DNA of 64,000 nucleotides. Origin: the human T2T-CHM13v2.0 reference genome, Homo sapiens. The notes beneath the pieces are model-generated. The model searched no databases. It was not told the DNA's origin and was given only the letters and a program-made list of their open reading frames with translations. The translations under genes and the position numbers were made by a program. Location: the NCBI RefSeq assembly GCF_009914755.1, contig NC_060925.1, one strand, 5' to 3'. Positions within the stretch are counted from its first letter, which is position 1. Each line of letters begins with the position of its first letter. Positions 52,679 to 64,000 of the stretch are shown here, in pieces.

Positions 52679-53262
52679 TGACGTGCTTGACATTAGCAGG
52701 CAGAGAGCCCTAGCCGTCAGTGGACATCAGGCTCTCTGGCCATTCTTGCACCACCTTAGATAACTCCCTTCCTCACCTGTAAAATGAAGGTCCCTTTCCT
52801 TCGCTAAAATACTATGAAAATAAACACTCCTTTCTTCCTCATCTTCTAAAGTAGTACAAAGCATATTTTAAAAAGAAATTAGTTATGTTTTAAGAATTCT
52901 GCCTGCTTTTTGAAATAGACCATTGTTGAACTATGTGGACAAGCATGGCAGAAAATTAGTAACTGACTATACAGCAACTGCCTGAAGTTGGTGGAGGTAT
53001 TTGATAAAATGTGTAGATCATCACCTTCCATGTATAACACGGTCAATTTCTGTTACTGAGTAATAAACAATAGTAATGGAATGGATAGTTTAGGAATCAA
53101 CCAAAGTGCTACATTATTTGCTTCTGAGAATCCTATAAAGGTTGCAAATTTTTGTTTTTATTTTGTTTTTAAAAATTTTTTTTCTTTGCCTCTCAGTCTT
53201 CTAAAGGTAGCAAGTTTTTAAAAAGGATGTGTATTTCATTTCTTTTATATAAAAAATATCTA

Positions 53263-59428
<6,166 letters not shown>

Positions 59429-59845
59429 TTAATTGAATTTTTTAACAGGTTATAGATGCTTGGTAATCAAGAACATATTAGTTGCTGAGATGTGCAGAAT
59501 TTAATTGAGTAGAGCAACGACTCCTGGAGAGTTCTTCAACAGGCTCCAAATGTATGGGTTTTGTTGAATTACTGGGTTTTGTTGAATTACTGGGGGTCCT
59601 GTCAGAGTATTAGAGTTCACCAAACTCCTCTTACTTCTGGAGAATTCAGCTGTATTACTTTATGGTTAGACTTGTCAAAGAACAGGTCAACACTCTGGCT
59701 GAATTCTAGACTTTTATATGCAAAAAAGCTTTTCCCTGGGGAAGGAATGAAATTTGGACATTCAGTTCTAGCACCTTATTTGACATACTTCCCACTCTTA
59801 GATTCTCTTAAACTTATATTTCTGATTTTGTTTTTTTTCTTATAG

Positions 59846-59929
59846 ATATTTATCCCCATTTTACAAGGCCTGGCTCTTGCTGCCAAAGAGTGCTCCCTCG
59901 ACAGTGACTACTTTAAATACCCCCTCATG
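59846..59929 (+). CDS. UBE4B: UBE4B exon 11 (84 nt): [28 protein letters not shown]
   Basis: tatag|ATATTT ... CTCATG|gtaaaa. Confidence 0.97.
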
Positions 59930-61490
59930 GTAAAACTTTGTTCTTTTTCTTTAACTCATTCAATAGATGTTTTTCTTTCAGATTATTTTGACATATACTT
60001 TTCTTTCAGGTCCATGAGATCAACCTTGTTTTCAAATTTAAAACATGAAATCACTGTGTTGGCCATGCAGAGTGTTTGGTGTGCAGTGAGATGCATCAGT
60101 GAAGACAGTTAGCAGCCTGGTACATCTTCCACCTATCCAAGTCCTAGACAGGAGTTAAATGCACTTATTACAATGTACTTTGTATAGCTTATGAAAAAGA
60201 TAACTTATCTCCTAGCAATGAGCATACCATAGTTGGGATGAAATTTTGTTACTTAAAAAAAAAAAACCTATTAAAAATGCAAATAAAAAAGGCAAAGCTG
60301 TACATACTAAGAAAATGAATACAATTTTATCTTTATGTGTTTACTTTGTGCAGAAAATCTCAGTGTAGCTCTCTTGTTCACCCTCCCTGTTTCCTAAGGT
60401 CATATTTACTTGGGAAGTAGAAATCTGCTTAGCTCTTTAACGCACTTAGAGCAGGCATACATTGTGGACAGAAGCTTCAGCTAGATTCCCATGGGGAGGC
60501 TTGAATGTTGTGAAAATGCTGAAACTAGAATGAAAATTAGAAGCTCCTTTCTGTTCTGAATTCGCTTATTTGAAATTTTGGGAGAAAAGTATTTTGAAGT
60601 GTTACTGAATATTTTCGTTGCAGAAGTGTAAAGGAAAAAATATCAAAATGAAATTAGTTTATTCTATGTATAAATTAAGTCTTATGTAAATTGAGACCAT
60701 GGTTGTTTTTCTTACTGTATTTATTTCTTTTACTTATTCCACTGATTGGATTCCATTATACCATGAATTCATTACTGACGATCTGTTCTGTGCTAGACAC
60801 TGGTGATACAGAAGCTAGGAAGACAAGGTCCCTCTCCTCAAGGCACTCATAATCTACTGCAAAAATAAGAGCTACAGCGCAACAGTTGAACAGATACTGT
60901 GATAAATGTTAAAACAGAGCTGTACACAAAGGGTGTATTTATCTATTTAAAAAATTCAAACCTGTCATGGCACTAAAAGGCTACAAGAATGCTGGGAAAT
61001 TAGAAGGTGAAACCAGAATTCCTACTTTAAAAAATAATTTTAAGTGGATTTATGCCAGAGCTCTTTCCATTGTACATGTTATTGGGGCTCCTGGTAAAAT
61101 TATTTGAATCCTTATGTATTGTTCTCCCTGTGGCAGATAAAAGGAAGTGGAATAATCTGATTGTTTGAGTTCAGTGATGAAATATTTTAGTGAACACTAA
61201 TTATCACCATATTATGTAGATGTTCCTTCATGGGACTGTTGGCTTTTGGGTTGTGGTGTGAATTAGCTTGATGTTTCAGTGAGGAGCTTTTAGCATCTGA
61301 TATCACCAAAATGTCCTTTTGTTCAAAAGACAGAGGCCTCCATTGTGGTAGACAGTGATTTCATTTTGTGCCATTATTGATGCTTGCATAATAACGAGGA
61401 CACAGTGAGTGAGAGGGTACAATAATGAGAGGCAGGAAGCGGAAGACTGTTGAAGCTAAAATCAGAAATCATTGTGATCATTCTCTAGGT

Positions 61491-61675
61491 CAGTGGATCC
61501 TGCTGTGCCATACGTTGGAATCACCTTGGAATCAGCTGGGGATCTTTAAAGGTGTTTCTGCCTGGCTCCCCACCCCAGACCTTGTGATTTAATTCACCAG
61601 GGGTGTGGCATGGCATTGGGGTTTCCAAAGGCTTCCCATGTGATCCTAATATGCAGCCACGTTTGTGAACTCCTG
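61491..61675. mobile_element. MER5A-like hAT MITE
   Basis: cagtgg...gaatcacct...ccccaccccaga...gtgatcctaatatgcagcca...ctg; degenerate TSD ctctaggt / cactaggc. Confidence 0.75.
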
Positions 61676-62443
61676 CACTAGGCAGTGAGAACGCTTCCTT
61701 CTGAGTTGAGGCTGCCTGAACCTCAAAGGCATCTCAACGTTGTGTCAATGCCTAAATGCACTCTTCGGCTCATGTAGCAACTTCTAGAGCTGCGTCCGAA
61801 TCACAGAGGAAATTAACTGTTGAAAATAATGTTTGATTGAGTTACCATGGGCATGCTAAATTATGTTTATGTCCCTAAAAAGTGTTTTTCATCGTTCTCT
61901 AATGTTAGGATGGTTGGATGTCTGAAGGAAAGTGTTGGAATTCTTAAAAGTACTAGAAATCTTGAAACCAAGTTATGTTTTTAAATATGTTTTGAATTTG
62001 ATAGCTTATTAAATTGTAATTATTTATAGTCATGTTTAACACTGGCAAGAGGAGCCATCTAAAGTTTATGAAATAAATCTTTTTGACATGGAAAGATATG
62101 AAGTGGAAAAACTTTTTTGTAAAAAACATATATAGATACAGTACACAAAAATATATCTGAAAACTGTTGCTCAAAATATCAATAGAGGTTATCTTTGAGG
62201 GTAAAGCTTGAGTAATTTTTAGTTTCATTTTATATTTCTGTTTTATTTCAAGTTTTCACATTGCATGTGTTTTAGTTTATTAATCAGAAAAAGTAGTGAA
62301 GCTGCTGCCATTTCAGAGGGAATGCATGTGTGCCATTTTAGAGGGAACGAATTTATAGCAGCAGTTAAAACTGTTTCTTTATGCTACAAATGACAGTCAG
62401 TTTAAGATGAAATGCATTTAAATGACTCTGATCTTATTTCTAG

Positions 62444-62500
62444 GCACTAGGTGAGCTCTGTGAAACCAAGTTTGGGAAGACACACCCTGTGTGCAATTTG
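62444..62500 (+). CDS. UBE4B: UBE4B exon 12 (57 nt): [19 protein letters not shown]
   Basis: tctag|GCACTA ... AATTTG|gtaagc. Confidence 0.96.
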
Positions 62501-62699
62501 GTAAGCACTCACCTGATGGGCTTGCACATTTTCAGTGAATATATCATAACCCAGAAGGCATTCCTCTAGTGAGATGGCCTGGAAAATGTCTCTTGAAGGA
62601 CATTTAGGTGTAGGCGGAGGTAACGTGTCTGGGAGGCTCTCAACTGTTACATTTTTGTTAGACACGTTATATCCTGCATTACAGTTGTTCATTTCTATG

Positions 62700-63431
<732 letters not shown>

Positions 63432-63551
63432 TGAAACATAAAAGTTTTAATAATATCTTGTGAAAATACAGAGGAGCTGGAGAGTTTTCATTACATTTTT
63501 ACCCCACCGGCCTGTTCAGCGGCTTGACTGGCTCTTCCATCTTCTGCCTAG

Positions 63552-63668
63552 GTTGCTTCTTTGCGGTTGTGGTTGCCGAAATCCTTAAGTCCTGGCTGTG
63601 GGCGGGAGCTGCAGAGACTCTCTTACTTAGGGGCTTTCTTTAGCTTCTCAGTCTTTGCAGAAGATGAT
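63552..63668 (+). CDS. UBE4B: UBE4B exon 13 (117 nt): [39 protein letters not shown] (Ufd2 core region)
   Basis: cctag|GTTGCT ... GATGAT|gtaagt. Confidence 0.97.
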
Positions 63669-63766
63669 GTAAGTATAGTGGCTACTTGTACTTTGCTGCC
63701 CTTTTATTCAGATTCTTTCCCAAATGTGCATTATATGTTGACTGCATTTTTTCCTTCTCTTTCCAG

Positions 63767-63865
63767 GTTAAAGTGGTTGAAAAATACTTCTCAGGGCCTG
63801 CCATTACCCTGGAAAACACTCGTGTGGTTAGCCAATCATTGCAGCATTACTTAGAGCTCGGAAGG
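63767..63865 (+). CDS. UBE4B: UBE4B exon 14 (99 nt): [33 protein letters not shown]
   Basis: tccag|GTTAAA ... GGAAGG|gtaagt; preceded by a 98-nt intron. Confidence 0.97.
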
Positions 63866-64000
63866 GTAAGTGTTCAGTAAACAAATCCAGAGGAAGTATC
63901 AAAGATGAGCTCCAGATACAGAGCTTTTATTTTGTAGACTGGACTATGCCCAGTAGACAAACGGCTAACAAAAGCCAATTCGATCTTACATAAAAAAGAT

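Overview
This is human (primate) genomic DNA from the interior of UBE4B (UFD2a/E4B, a U-box ubiquitin E4/E3 ligase), on the + strand. It runs from intron 1 to the start of intron 14. I traced coding exons 2-14 by hand; all have AG/GT boundaries and join in frame into the UBE4B protein as I recall it (about residues 9-637). The window also holds the two frame-neutral cassette exons: exon 7 (387 nt, Ser/Pro-rich) and the striated-muscle exon 7a (153 nt, acidic). The rest is very Alu-dense intron, with L1, L2 and L3 fragments, MaLR solo LTRs, DNA-transposon relics and microsatellites. Nearly all ORFs in the supplied track are Alu artefacts. I found no new gene or system that I can support. The best leads are at the RNA level: (1) an RBFOX plus bipartite QKI motif module around exons 7/7a; (2) a back-splice ORF from exons 3-6 that computes to exactly 173 aa, with predicted 302 and 353 aa versions if exons 7/7a are included; (3) a candidate UG-repeat-guarded (TDP-43-type) cryptic poison exon in intron 2; (4) a textbook 119-nt 'intron within an intron' with a 33-nt in-frame microexon candidate; (5) a MEF2-containing unique block downstream of exon 7a. 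Repeat boundaries and subfamilies were assigned by eye and are approximate.
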